Origin: a virus
Strand: one strand, 5' to 3'
Length of the DNA stretch: 64,000 bases
Virus record (IMG/VR): IMGVR_UViG_3300012153_000001
Span: 1 to 64,000 of that record
Part shown: piece after piece, positions 34,442-43,544 of the stretch
Layout: each line of letters begins with the position of its first letter
Numbering within the stretch: the first letter of the stretch is position 1
The notes under the pieces: model-generated
What the model saw: only the letters and a program-made list of their open reading frames with translations
Databases searched by the model: none
What the model was told of the DNA's origin: nothing
Made by a program: the position numbers and the translations under genes

Positions 34442-34715
34442 TAACGTAACCTGCGAACGCTGCGACGGTTCCGGCCGCTATAACAAATCCTACGTATGTT
34501 ACGGATGCGCCGGCACGGGCAACGCTAATACGCCGACTAAGCGCGTGATCTGCGTCAAGCCTTTCGCAAAGTTCGGATTCCTGCGCAGCACCTTCGCAAT
34601 CGCCCGCATGACTACGCCGGCCGTCTACACCGGAGAAACGCGCTGGATTATCCGCGGCCATACGTTACTTGAGCGCCATGTTAACGAATACTTTCGAGAG
34701 GTGGGCGGAAAATGA
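34434..34715 (+). CDS. DnaJ-type zinc-finger (CxxCxGxG) protein
   Basis: CERCDGSGR and CYGCAGTGN. Confidence 0.6.
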   Translation: MNNNVTCERCDGSGRYNKSYVCYGCAGTGNANTPTKRVICVKPFAKFGFLRSTFAIARMTTPAVYTGETRWIIRGHTLLERHVNEYFREVGGK

Positions 34716-34915
34716 GTACGAAGACATACGCACAGATCCTGCGGGATAGTTATACGAAGGATGACGCGCCAGATCAACGCCGGGCGCTGATTCACGCAGC
34801 ATTCGTCGGCATGCTCGAATCAATCGTTAACCAGGCGGACTACACAGCCGCGCAGAAAATATCGAAGATACGTAATCTTAACGACGCGCGTAAGGAGGTA
34901 TTAGCGGATGAATAA
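34712..34915 (+). CDS. Hypothetical protein
   Basis: SD GAGAGGTGG before the ATG. Confidence 0.6.
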   Translation: MSTKTYAQILRDSYTKDDAPDQRRALIHAAFVGMLESIVNQADYTAAQKISKIRNLNDARKEVLADE

Positions 34916-35024
34916 GCGGTTATTTGCGGCAGGTAAACGGGTAGGTGGGCGGAGTTATGTACGGACGGCGGGCGGCGAGTGGGTCGAGGTAAAAGCGGCG
35001 GTGTCGGATGAAAAAGCGCGTTGA
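34908..35024 (+). CDS. Small basic protein (38 aa)
   Basis: SD AAGGAGG about 9 nt before the ATG. Confidence 0.35.
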   Translation: MNKRLFAAGKRVGGRSYVRTAGGEWVEVKAAVSDEKAR

Positions 35025-35091
35025 TGTGCGGAAGATATGCGAACAAATGGGGCTGACGTTATATATTAAGATGAATAGGAAGGTGAGATCG

Positions 35092-35274
35092 ATGATCAAT
35101 TGGCAGGATGCTAAAGTAGGGCAACGACCGGGCGGCGTGGTTCTAATGACGGACGGGGAAGATGTGTTTCTCGGGTACTTTGACGACGATATTAATGAGT
35201 GGGTTAGCTGCTACGGAGAGGATGAGTTTGACGAAATAACACACTTCGCGAAAATAATTCTTCCAGCTAAGTAA
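35092..35274 (+). CDS. Small protein (DUF551-like)
   Basis: ATG 35092 follows AGGAAGGTGAG. The WQDAKVGQRP...VLMTDGEDVFLGYF...W pattern is weak evidence. Confidence 0.45.
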   Translation: MINWQDAKVGQRPGGVVLMTDGEDVFLGYFDDDINEWVSCYGEDEFDEITHFAKIILPAK

Positions 35275-35350
35275 GAAATACAAGATAGTCCCAACACTTA
35301 CCGCCTCACCTCGCCTTAGCCACGCGCTATAATCGGAGTGAGGTGTTTTT

Positions 35351-36211
35351 ATGTTCATTAGTCCGATGTTACTCGAAAAGGCGGACGCCCCGTTCTCGGA
35401 TTCGCGCTTCATATTCGAGCCGAAGATCGACGGCCACCGCCTTATATTTTCGCAAATTGACGGAGAAGTCCGTTTATATACGCGTCACAACAACGATTGC
35501 ACTCGCCAGTATCCCGAAATAGCTGTCGCCCGATTCGGCCACGACGTTATCCTTGACGGTGAAATCGCGTGCGTTAACCCGGCAAATGGAGTCTCGGACT
35601 TTGAGGCGGTAATGTCCCGGTTCTCCGCGCGTAAAGCCGATAAGATACGCAATTTGACCGTAACTAACCCGGCCACATTCGCCGTATTCGACGTGCTGCG
35701 GTATAAAGACGCCGATGTCCGGAGCATACCGCTAATTGAGCGCAAGGCCATTCTCGCGGGGCTGACGATGCCTAACGCAAGCGTGGGCGTTGTCCCTTAC
35801 GTAGAGGGCGCCGGCGAAGCGCTTTTTACGCAAATAGAAGGGCGCGAAATGGAAGGCGTAGTCGCCAAGCGGAAGGACAGTGCGTACGTAAGCCGCAGGT
35901 CCGCTGACTGGCGCAAGATTATTAACTGGACGTATGCCGACGTGTTCATAACGGGATACCGTAAAGGTGAGTTCGGTTGGCTTGCGAGTGTTGCGAATGA
36001 GCGCGGTAACGTCCGTCCCGCCGGCATTATCGAGTTTGGCGCGTCACCAACGCATAAGAAGGCGTTCTATGGCGTGAGTAAAGCGATCGTATCCGGTGAG
36101 GACAGCGAGTTTGTATACGTTGAGCCGTGGATTAGGGCTCGCGTTAAGATACGGAACTGGACCAAAGCGGGAATGTTGCGGACTCCGGTATTCTGCGAGT
36201 TTATAGTTTAG
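35351..36211 (+). CDS. ATP-dependent DNA ligase
   Basis: Motif I EPKIDGHR, followed by LDGEI, FDVL, MEGVVAKR and WRKIINW-type motifs. Confidence 0.85.
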   Translation: MFISPMLLEKADAPFSDSRFIFEPKIDGHRLIFSQIDGEVRLYTRHNNDCTRQYPEIAVARFGHDVILDGEIACVNPANGVSDFEAVMSRFSARKADKIRNLTVTNPATFAVFDVLRYKDADVRSIPLIERKAILAGLTMPNASVGVVPYVEGAGEALFTQIEGREMEGVVAKRKDSAYVSRRSADWRKIINWTYADVFITGYRKGEFGWLASVANERGNVRPAGIIEFGASPTHKKAFYGVSKAIVSGEDSEFVYVEPWIRARVKIRNWTKAGMLRTPVFCEFIV

Positions 36212-36218
36212 CGAGAGG

Positions 36219-36242
36219 GACCGGAGTTATTCCGGTCTTTTT
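36219..36242. terminator. Hairpin terminator
   Basis: GACCGGA-GTTAT-TCCGGTC followed by TTTTT. Confidence 0.65.
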
Positions 36243-36436
36243 CGTGTCCCCTGCACCTTGAATACGAAGAGGTCGCGCCTGAAATATGTATCGGCAATCT
36301 TAACGTAATCTGGCGTGTACTTTTCGATGATTCCGCCGTAATCTGCGATCGTGTGAGCGCCGGGTTCGAAGACAGTAACGCGGACTTGAGCGAGGGCGGC
36401 CGCCAGCAATTCGGTGTCTGTAATTAACGTTTTCAT
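36227..36436 (-). CDS. Hypothetical protein on the opposite strand
   Basis: Protein-like composition, but no clear SD. The 3' end overlaps the terminator hairpin. Confidence 0.35.
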   Translation of the reverse strand: MKTLITDTELLAAALAQVRVTVFEPGAHTIADYGGIIEKYTPDYVKIADTYFRRDLFVFKVQGTRKRPE

Positions 36437-36582
36437 ACGAAAATAAATTCGGCAAATTGGCGAAAAATCCTTCTTGGAAGGTTGTTTTTTGCGTCATCTC
36501 AAGGCTATAGGAGTATAGGGCCGCCGATGTGCGGTCTTAATCCCGTTTGGGGAACGAAATTAATCGAAGGAGTGACGTGATT

Positions 36583-36735
36583 ATGGCGGCTATAAACGAA
36601 ATCAGCGCGCGCATCAACGTAGATGTATCCGAGGCATTAACCGGACTTAAAGCGATTCAACGCGAGGCTAAGAAGGCTACGCAGGCATTACGCGAGCTTG
36701 AAGAGGCGCAAAAGGCGGTGGCTGCGAGTGAGTAA
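36583..36735 (+). CDS. Small helical protein (50 aa)
   Basis: ATG 36583 follows GAAGGAG. Confidence 0.5.
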   Translation: MAAINEISARINVDVSEALTGLKAIQREAKKATQALRELEEAQKAVAASE

Positions 36736-37582
36736 CGTAATTCCAATCGGAATCAATCCGGAAACGGGCGAAATCGGACGTTTTGTGCCATACGGTCAAG
36801 GATACGAGGTTACAACGCCTAAACAGCGTGAAGCCCGCCGTAAGCACGTTAAACGGGCACAAGCGGTTGAGTCTCGTAACGGAATGCGTTGGGTTGCGTG
36901 CTATCACGATGCTATCCGCGACATTACGCAAAGCATGTCTCTTACGGAAGCAGGCGCGCTTATCCGATTGTTGCCGTTTCTACGTTTCAAGGGCGACGGC
37001 AAGCTTATCGAGAACGGCAAACCGCTTAAACAGGCGGACATTCAGCGCATCATTGGACGTAGTAAGCCCGTTACGATCGCGTTGCTCAAGCGCCTGGAAG
37101 AGCTCTCCGTCATCACGAAGGAGACGTCCGGACGGTCTAACGTATACGCGTTTAATGGCGACTTCCATACGTACGGCATCGTTAATGAAGGCGTTAAGTT
37201 TACGAAGCTGTACCAGTACCATACGAACGAGATTACGCGCGATCTTGACTTAAACGAGATCGGCCTACTATACAAGATACTTCCGTATTTCCACTATCAA
37301 ACGTTCTACCTTTGCGCTAACCCGGATGAGGATAGCGAGGACAACATCGATCACTTAACGCGCGAGAGACTGGCTGAGCTTATCGGACACGAACCGGAAA
37401 CAGTATCGCGCCTAATATCGAAGCTGCAGTCTAAAGGCGTTATCCTATCGACTAAAGCGATGAACAGCGTCAACTATATCGTCCATCCTGACGTCATGTA
37501 TCGGCAGGAAACGGAAGACGCAGAGTACGCGGGAATGGTGCGGAGACTGTTCAAACAACACAGACTGCGCCAAGCTATGTGA
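36728..37582 (+). CDS. Two-wHTH Rep/replication-organizer-like protein
   Basis: MSLTEAGALIRLLPFLRF and LTRERLAELIGHEPETVSRLISKLQSKGVI. The start is uncertain (GTG 36728 or TTG 36698). Confidence 0.5.
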   Translation: MSNVIPIGINPETGEIGRFVPYGQGYEVTTPKQREARRKHVKRAQAVESRNGMRWVACYHDAIRDITQSMSLTEAGALIRLLPFLRFKGDGKLIENGKPLKQADIQRIIGRSKPVTIALLKRLEELSVITKETSGRSNVYAFNGDFHTYGIVNEGVKFTKLYQYHTNEITRDLDLNEIGLLYKILPYFHYQTFYLCANPDEDSEDNIDHLTRERLAELIGHEPETVSRLISKLQSKGVILSTKAMNSVNYIVHPDVMYRQETEDAEYAGMVRRLFKQHRLRQAM

Positions 37583-37788
37583 TCAAATCATTACCTATTG
37601 AGGGGGTCTATGTGACCAAATCAATACCAATCGAAAGTCGCCTGAGCCTTAGAGCCACGCGGCTTTTCGGCGTTTTTGGGCAAAATGTTCTCTTATCTTA
37701 TAGAGACTTTTATCCGCGCAAAAACAGTGGTTCGTTCCATATAATGCGGAGTTCGCGAAGAGAGTTGAAAGAGGTACCTACCGCTTCG

Positions 37789-37827
37789 GTTGATTTTGCT
37801 TCGCAAACTAAACCTCGCGGGATGACT
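37789..37827 (+). repeat. Copy B of the ~39-bp conserved non-coding element
   Basis: GTTGATTTTGCTTCGCAAACTAAACcTCGCGGGAtGA. Like copy A, it lies downstream of a wHTH gene in a long non-coding gap. Confidence 0.7.
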
Positions 37828-38033
37828 AAGGTAAAGGAGTAGCGCGTCATCAATTCTATGTTCCAGAGCCGCCAGGCGATGGAGCTAGGAACGCAGTGAC
37901 GAAGCATTCTTTAAGCTCAAACCTCTGTCTGTAAGAAACATGAAGCTTACTCTTCGAAGTACCTCATGTAGTCAAGATCAAATAACGCGGATGTTTACGT
38001 TAAGCGAACGCTAAGTGAGCGGAGGGAGAACGT

Positions 38034-38204
38034 ATGTTAAACGTAGTAATGTTCGTATGGTTTACGTTAGGTGCGTACTTAGCCGTGAGACATACGCGTG
38101 AATACGCTAATGATCCGTTAGGTGTCGTAATTGCTTACGCTTGTCCTCCGCTTTATCTAGCGGTTAGGTTCGTAGTTAGACGTATACCTTGGATCGGAGA
38201 GTGA
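38034..38204 (+). CDS. Small two-TM membrane protein (56 aa)
   Basis: SD GGAGGGAG before the ATG. Confidence 0.5.
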   Translation: MLNVVMFVWFTLGAYLAVRHTREYANDPLGVVIAYACPPLYLAVRFVVRRIPWIGE

Positions 38205-38208
38205 GCGT

Positions 38209-38370
38209 ATGACTACGGATGAGATACGCAAGAAGATCGCTAAAGAACGCAACCTTAAAGTAGATAATATCGAGTACCACGAAGGTATCTATTGGTATTG
38301 CGTTAGAGGCGGCAACAGCGGCGTGACCCTTGTGCGTCACCCACTCGCTGAATACGTAGAATCACCGTAA
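38209..38370 (+). CDS. Small hypothetical protein (53 aa)
   Basis: The ATG follows the previous stop by 4 nt. Confidence 0.45.
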   Translation: MTTDEIRKKIAKERNLKVDNIEYHEGIYWYCVRGGNSGVTLVRHPLAEYVESP

Positions 38371-38979
38371 TATTAGCGCGTCTATCTTACGCCTTGCCTG
38401 AGCGTAGGAAGGCGCGTTATTAGCGTGTTTAAGCTATCGAGTACAAACGGAAGTATTGACGTGAGGGTACGGAGGAAAGGCGCTATTAGCACGTAGATAT
38501 TACGGTAATGGAGCGCAGCTATTCGGCATTGACGTAAACACTTCGGATTAGGTACGTGAGAAGCAGCGGAACCATGTACGGATAGGTGGTGCGCAGGTAG
38601 GCGATGGGTAACGGGGGATTACAGTAGGTATGGCGGAATCACCTACGAGAGCCGCCTGGCGCAAGCCCTCCGCCAAACTCACGGGGCACTGGCGGTAGTA
38701 CTCACGTTAATCACCGCTTATTCTGCGTTATAGTACAAATGGCGCGGCGATTACGGGCGATGCGGAAGGGGCTAACGGGCGGAAACATAGGCGGGGCGCG
38801 GGTTTGCGCAACCTGTAACTTTCGTAGATATATGTACAAAAGTCAGCATTTATGTAAATGCCATCGCGTTAATGCGTTAACGTACAAACGCAAAGCGGTG
38901 ACCCCCAAGGCCCCCGTCGCGGGCGGCCGGGTCAGGCGGTAACTACTAGCTCACGAAAATTTATCCTCAGGGGGTTATT
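38360..38979. other. Non-coding packaging (cos/pac-like) region
   Basis: ~600 nt without a credible ORF, immediately upstream of HNH-terS-terL. ATTAGC(G/A)(C/T)G repeats at 38372, 38419 and 38485. G/C-rich tract at 38896-38940. Confidence 0.5.
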
Positions 38980-39594
38980 ATGACGAAGAATCCGGAGCTA
39001 AACGAAAAGCGACGCGAACGACGGAAGAATGATCCAGAATATCGAGCGCGGTTGAACGAGTATTCCCGCAGGTACCAAGCCGCTAGGAGGACGGATGAGT
39101 CACGTGCTAAACACCGTGAGCGAACACGTGAGTACCGCGCCAAGAACCCGCACATAACGTTTTACACAACGTCACGGTATCTCGCAGGTAAAGCGGGAGT
39201 ATTTTCGGACATTACCGAAGCAGACGCGCTTGATATTTACGAACTGCCTAACGTTTGTGCATATTGCGGAACGGATCACGGCCCGACTCCGGAAAAGCGC
39301 GCCATCCACATCGATCACATTATTCCAATGGTGCAGGGCGGTCACAACACTCGATGGAACCTCGCAAAAGTATGTATAAGCTGTAACACGTCAAAAGATT
39401 CCGCATCTCTTATTGATTTCCGCGAGAGAACAGAAGCATTCACACAGGAACGTTATGACGCAGTTGTCGCTCAAATGGCGCGGCTGTCCGGAAAGTCTAT
39501 CGAAGAGATAACGCATCTACTCGAACAGTCCCACGAATTTGAAGTCGCATATCAGCGCGAGAGGGAGCGGATGGTTTTGCTTCTCAGTGCTTAA
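38980..39594 (+). CDS. HNH endonuclease (terminase-associated)
   Basis: CAYCG...HIDHIIPMVQGGHNTRWNLAKVCISCNTSK. Confidence 0.85.
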   Translation: MTKNPELNEKRRERRKNDPEYRARLNEYSRRYQAARRTDESRAKHRERTREYRAKNPHITFYTTSRYLAGKAGVFSDITEADALDIYELPNVCAYCGTDHGPTPEKRAIHIDHIIPMVQGGHNTRWNLAKVCISCNTSKDSASLIDFRERTEAFTQERYDAVVAQMARLSGKSIEEITHLLEQSHEFEVAYQRERERMVLLLSA

Positions 39595-39598
39595 TATT

Positions 39599-39697
39599 CA
39601 CGTAAAATCACCGTCAAATTAGCGCATTACATACGGTTTGGGTACATCCGTTACCCCTACGTGTGAAATGCGCTAATTTGACGTAAAAATCACGGGG
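39599..39697. promoter_or_regulatory. Large inverted repeat upstream of terS
   Basis: CGTCAAATTAGCGCATT (39612-28) is perfectly complementary to AATGCGCTAATTTGACG (39667-83). Flanked by direct repeats CGTAAAATCAC / CGTAAAAATCAC. Confidence 0.55.
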
Positions 39698-39715
39698 AAA
39701 CGGAGGGGTACGAAT

Positions 39716-40147
39716 ATGTCAAAACGGAAATCAGCGTTAGAGGCGAAATTGGAAGTGCGCCAGATCCGCGCGGCTCTCTTGTGCGTTGAACGCGAGTTTG
39801 CTGCGGAAGATGAGCGCAAAGGATTCGATGAGATTGCGGAGGAAGTCGGAGTATCACGCCAATCACTGTATAAATGGCGGACGCAAAATCGTACGTTTAT
39901 CGACTACGTGAATCTGATCGCGGACGAAATGCTCGAAGCTGAGCGCGCGTTTGTATATCGGCAGCTTATGAAGACGATTAGCGGATCGCAACCGTCCATT
40001 AAGGGCATCGACTTGTACTTTAAGCGCCACGGACTCATTACGAATCAAATCGCGGTTGAAACGAAAGGCGCAGACGGCGCTAAGACAAACGAAGATATCA
40101 GCGCGGAGATTGCGGAACTGGACGCTCTACTTGGCGACGAAGAATAA
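39716..40147 (+). CDS. terS: Terminase small subunit
   Basis: HTH EEVGVSRQSLYKWRTQN. Positioned directly before terL. Confidence 0.75.
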   Translation: MSKRKSALEAKLEVRQIRAALLCVEREFAAEDERKGFDEIAEEVGVSRQSLYKWRTQNRTFIDYVNLIADEMLEAERAFVYRQLMKTISGSQPSIKGIDLYFKRHGLITNQIAVETKGADGAKTNEDISAEIAELDALLGDEE

Positions 40148-40166
40148 ACGATAAGGAGGCGGTATT

Positions 40167-41936
40167 TTGGCGTGGATCAATGACGAATGGCTTGATAAGC
40201 CTGCGAGACAAGAGCGGATCAAGCTCGTTAGTGAACGCGCTAAGAAGCTGCGGGCCTTGATCGAGAGCGGTCGCGCTACGGAGTACCACAACGAGACATT
40301 CCGGATTACGCTCAGCGAGTTGAAGCGGCTTAAACGGATCGATCGCGCGGAAGACGACATGCTGTTCTTCTTCTACGAGTACTTTTCGGAAGCGCGGAAT
40401 CCCGGCAATCCGGACAACCTCGTTCCGACTCCGGACGTGGATATAGATGGCGCGCCGGACTTTCACCTTAAGCTATCGCGTATCCTAGACTCGGTATCAT
40501 CACGTAATAAGACAGCGCGTATCGCATGGGCGGCGAGTCGGGGTCACGCCAAGTCTGCATACCTATCAAACGCCTTTCCGGTCCATGAGATCGCGTACAG
40601 GAAGCGGAAGATGATCCTTATTATCTCCGAGACGAATAACGGTTCGAAGAAGTTCATCAAGTGGGTTGCAAATCAGCTTAAGCACAATCAGAAGCTACGC
40701 GAGGACTTCGGTCCCTTGCTCCATGAGAAGAAGATGCTGAACGAAAAGGATTCGGAAGACGCGTTCCTTACGCTAAGCGGCGCGAAGATGGAAGCGACAT
40801 CGCTCGGTATGCAAATCCGGGGTTTCCGTAACGGGGCTTATCGGCCGGACCTTATCCTGCTCGACGACTTGGAATCGCGCGACTCGAACAATACGCCGGA
40901 CTTGCGTCAGAAGGCGAAGGATTGGCTTAACGCGGACTTGATGCCGGCATACGATCCGACTCGTACCGCGATTATCTTCATGGGTACAATCGTCCACCAC
41001 GACTCGCTCTTAAACTACGTGCTCAACGAGCGGCGCGACTTTATCAAGAACCGTTTCCCCGCGATTATCTCGCCGCCTGAGCGCGCGGATTTGTGGGCGG
41101 AGTTCGAACGTATCTACAAGGACTACGAACCTACTGACGAGGAGTTAGCGGAGTTTGAGGACTCGGAGGAAGAGCGTTCGGCACCTAACGTTGAGGCCGC
41201 GCTTAAGTATTTCGAAGCTAACCGCGAGGAAATGGAACGTGGGTCCGAGGTATTGTGGCCGCAGCGCTTTCCGATACAGTTTCTCGCTCTTGAAAAGCTA
41301 AACTACGGCACCAAAGCGTTTAATACGGAATTTATGAACAATCCGGTCGACGAGGACTCGCAGATATTCAAACCGGACACCTTCACGTACTACGACGCCG
41401 GCATGACGTTCCCTCACCGCGATTATAACATTACCATGGGAATCGACTTCGCCATGGGTAAACAGCGCGGAGACTACTCGGCAATAGTCGTACTGGCCCG
41501 CCATAAAATAACGGCCAAATATTACGTAATTCATGCGTGGGGAGCGCGAGTGCATCCCGACGCTTTTTTAACGGAGATCGTTACGCAGGTACTCCGGTTT
41601 CAGCCGGATGCAATCGCTGCTGAGGCGCAGATGGCGCAAGAGTTCTTCGTACACAAGCTTAAGCAAGAGCTGCAGGCGAAAGGGTTCCCGTCAAGTACGC
41701 GCGTTAAGGAGATACACCAACGAACGCGGAAAGAGCTCCGGATCGAGGCGTTAATACCGGATATCGAAAAGGGAACGATTCAATTTAGCAAAGCGCACGC
41801 GCTGTTAATTGAGCACTTCGAACGATACGGAAGTAACTGGCACGATGACCTTCCGGATGCCCTCGAAATGGCGTATTCGATTAATAAACGCGGCCGCAAG
41901 AAGATACGGACGACTAAGCCTAAGTGGGCGTACTAA
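40167..41936 (+). CDS. terL: Terminase large subunit
   Basis: Walker-A-like ASRGHAKS, Walker B LILLDDLES, C-terminal RNaseH-like nuclease GIDFAMGK...YSAIVV. Confidence 0.85.
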   Translation: MAWINDEWLDKPARQERIKLVSERAKKLRALIESGRATEYHNETFRITLSELKRLKRIDRAEDDMLFFFYEYFSEARNPGNPDNLVPTPDVDIDGAPDFHLKLSRILDSVSSRNKTARIAWAASRGHAKSAYLSNAFPVHEIAYRKRKMILIISETNNGSKKFIKWVANQLKHNQKLREDFGPLLHEKKMLNEKDSEDAFLTLSGAKMEATSLGMQIRGFRNGAYRPDLILLDDLESRDSNNTPDLRQKAKDWLNADLMPAYDPTRTAIIFMGTIVHHDSLLNYVLNERRDFIKNRFPAIISPPERADLWAEFERIYKDYEPTDEELAEFEDSEEERSAPNVEAALKYFEANREEMERGSEVLWPQRFPIQFLALEKLNYGTKAFNTEFMNNPVDEDSQIFKPDTFTYYDAGMTFPHRDYNITMGIDFAMGKQRGDYSAIVVLARHKITAKYYVIHAWGARVHPDAFLTEIVTQVLRFQPDAIAAEAQMAQEFFVHKLKQELQAKGFPSSTRVKEIHQRTRKELRIEALIPDIEKGTIQFSKAHALLIEHFERYGSNWHDDLPDALEMAYSINKRGRKKIRTTKPKWAY

Positions 41937-41957
41937 AAAGCGGAAGGAGGATGCAAT

Positions 41958-43544
41958 TTGACCGAATTTTACACGGTTAAGGAGACAAAGCTGTTCTACC
42001 CTGGCGCTCAATATCCGCCTCAAACAGAAATTGCGCGGTTAGCTAAGTACGAACGAGGCCGCAAGATATTCGAAGGCAAACACGCCGAGATTTATGACCG
42101 CGCCACTAAATTGCTCGGAGATACTCCGCACGCGCCTCAGCTTAAAACGCTCTTCATTGCGGTGAATATCGTTGACGTTCTCGTAACGAAACCGGCCGAC
42201 TTGCTTGTTGGCGAGAAACCTACGTACAACAGCGGTAAGGGTCCGAAGTCGACCGAGCAGAGACAGCTAGACTCTATCGTTGAGGAAAACGACCTTAATC
42301 AGATGATCCATGAAACCACGATCGGCGGCGGTTACCGCGGTGACTCGTTTATCAAAACACGTTACGGTATCCGCGATGATTTTACGGAAACTGAGCGGCT
42401 CGGACTCAAGTTACCTGTTACAAAGAAAGAAGCGATTATCGAAACGGTAGACCCGTCAATAGTGTTTCCGGAGCTGTCACGCGGATCGAAGAAACGATTC
42501 AAGGCAATTAATATCGCGTGGGTTGAGTGGGAGGTCGAACAGACTCGCTCGATCATGTCTTTCATACGCAGTGTACCGACATCCGCTGAATCCCCTTACT
42601 TGAATGTTGAGCGGCACATACCTGGATATATCATTTACGAGCGGTTCAAGCTCATTGAAAATGGTATCGACAACTCAGAGGACATTCCGATTCCGATTTA
42701 TATTGTCGGAGAGCAGGTTGGGGAGACGTGGAAAGAAGAAACGGGAACTCCACACCTGAATGTTGACCATATCCCTCATAAGACAACGGACGATAATTGG
42801 CAGGGGATCAGTACCGTTGAAAAGATGGAAAGCGTGCTTTCAGCAATCAATGATCGCTTAGTCCAGATCGACTATATCTTGTGGAAACACAGTGACCCAA
42901 TTATGTACGGTCCAGAAGACGTCGGCGATGACGAGGCTAACACGGTAAGAGCAAGTACGGGGTATATTCCAGTTTCCAAGGATGACGTGGTTCCCGCGTA
43001 TCTAGTCTGGAATTCCCAACTTGACGGCGCGTTTAAGGAGCTCGACTACCTACTCGGCCTCGTGTATCAAATGGCGGAAACCCCGCAGTGGTTATTCGGT
43101 ACAACGATCACGGCGGACAGCGGCGGCACGGGAACGTCACACACGGACGGAGCGGCAATTAAAGCCCGGTTTATGCCGATCCTCAAGAAAGTGGAGCGTA
43201 TTCGGACGCACGTTGACCGCGCGATCAGGAATGCGTTATGGAAAGCGATGGTGCTTGAAAACATCGCGAACACTGGCGTTGAGTCCTTCGAGAGTTACGA
43301 GGCAGTATATCCGACGATTGGCTGGCGCGATGGAATTCCGCGTAACGAGAAGGAAGCCGCTGAAACAGCGCAAATACGTACCGGTAATAAGGCTACATGG
43401 TCCGTTACTGACGCGATCAAGGACCTCGACGGCGTAACTGACGCTGAGGCCGAAGAAACCATCCGCCGCATCGACGAAGATGAAACGCGCGTCGGCGGCA
43501 TAGCGGATTCAACGTCGGCGGACGCGGTGTTTAACAATGGATGA
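41958..43544 (+). CDS. Portal protein
   Basis: 528 aa, immediately after terL, before the Mu F/gp7-like head morphogenesis gene. Confidence 0.75.
   Translation: MTEFYTVKETKLFYPGAQYPPQTEIARLAKYERGRKIFEGKHAEIYDRATKLLGDTPHAPQLKTLFIAVNIVDVLVTKPADLLVGEKPTYNSGKGPKSTEQRQLDSIVEENDLNQMIHETTIGGGYRGDSFIKTRYGIRDDFTETERLGLKLPVTKKEAIIETVDPSIVFPELSRGSKKRFKAINIAWVEWEVEQTRSIMSFIRSVPTSAESPYLNVERHIPGYIIYERFKLIENGIDNSEDIPIPIYIVGEQVGETWKEETGTPHLNVDHIPHKTTDDNWQGISTVEKMESVLSAINDRLVQIDYILWKHSDPIMYGPEDVGDDEANTVRASTGYIPVSKDDVVPAYLVWNSQLDGAFKELDYLLGLVYQMAETPQWLFGTTITADSGGTGTSHTDGAAIKARFMPILKKVERIRTHVDRAIRNALWKAMVLENIANTGVESFESYEAVYPTIGWRDGIPRNEKEAAETAQIRTGNKATWSVTDAIKDLDGVTDAEAEETIRRIDEDETRVGGIADSTSADAVFNNG

Noticed and set aside
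37579-37842. 87-aa ORF covering copy B of the 39-bp element
   Set aside because: No SD. Its ATG overlaps the stop of the upstream gene without a coupling signal. The homologous stretch at copy A has no start codon, so the conservation is at the nucleotide level.
38739-38942. 67-aa plus-strand ORF inside the packaging region
   Set aside because: Arg/Gly-rich, with no SD. It spans the G/C-rich tract. More plausibly non-coding cos/pac DNA.
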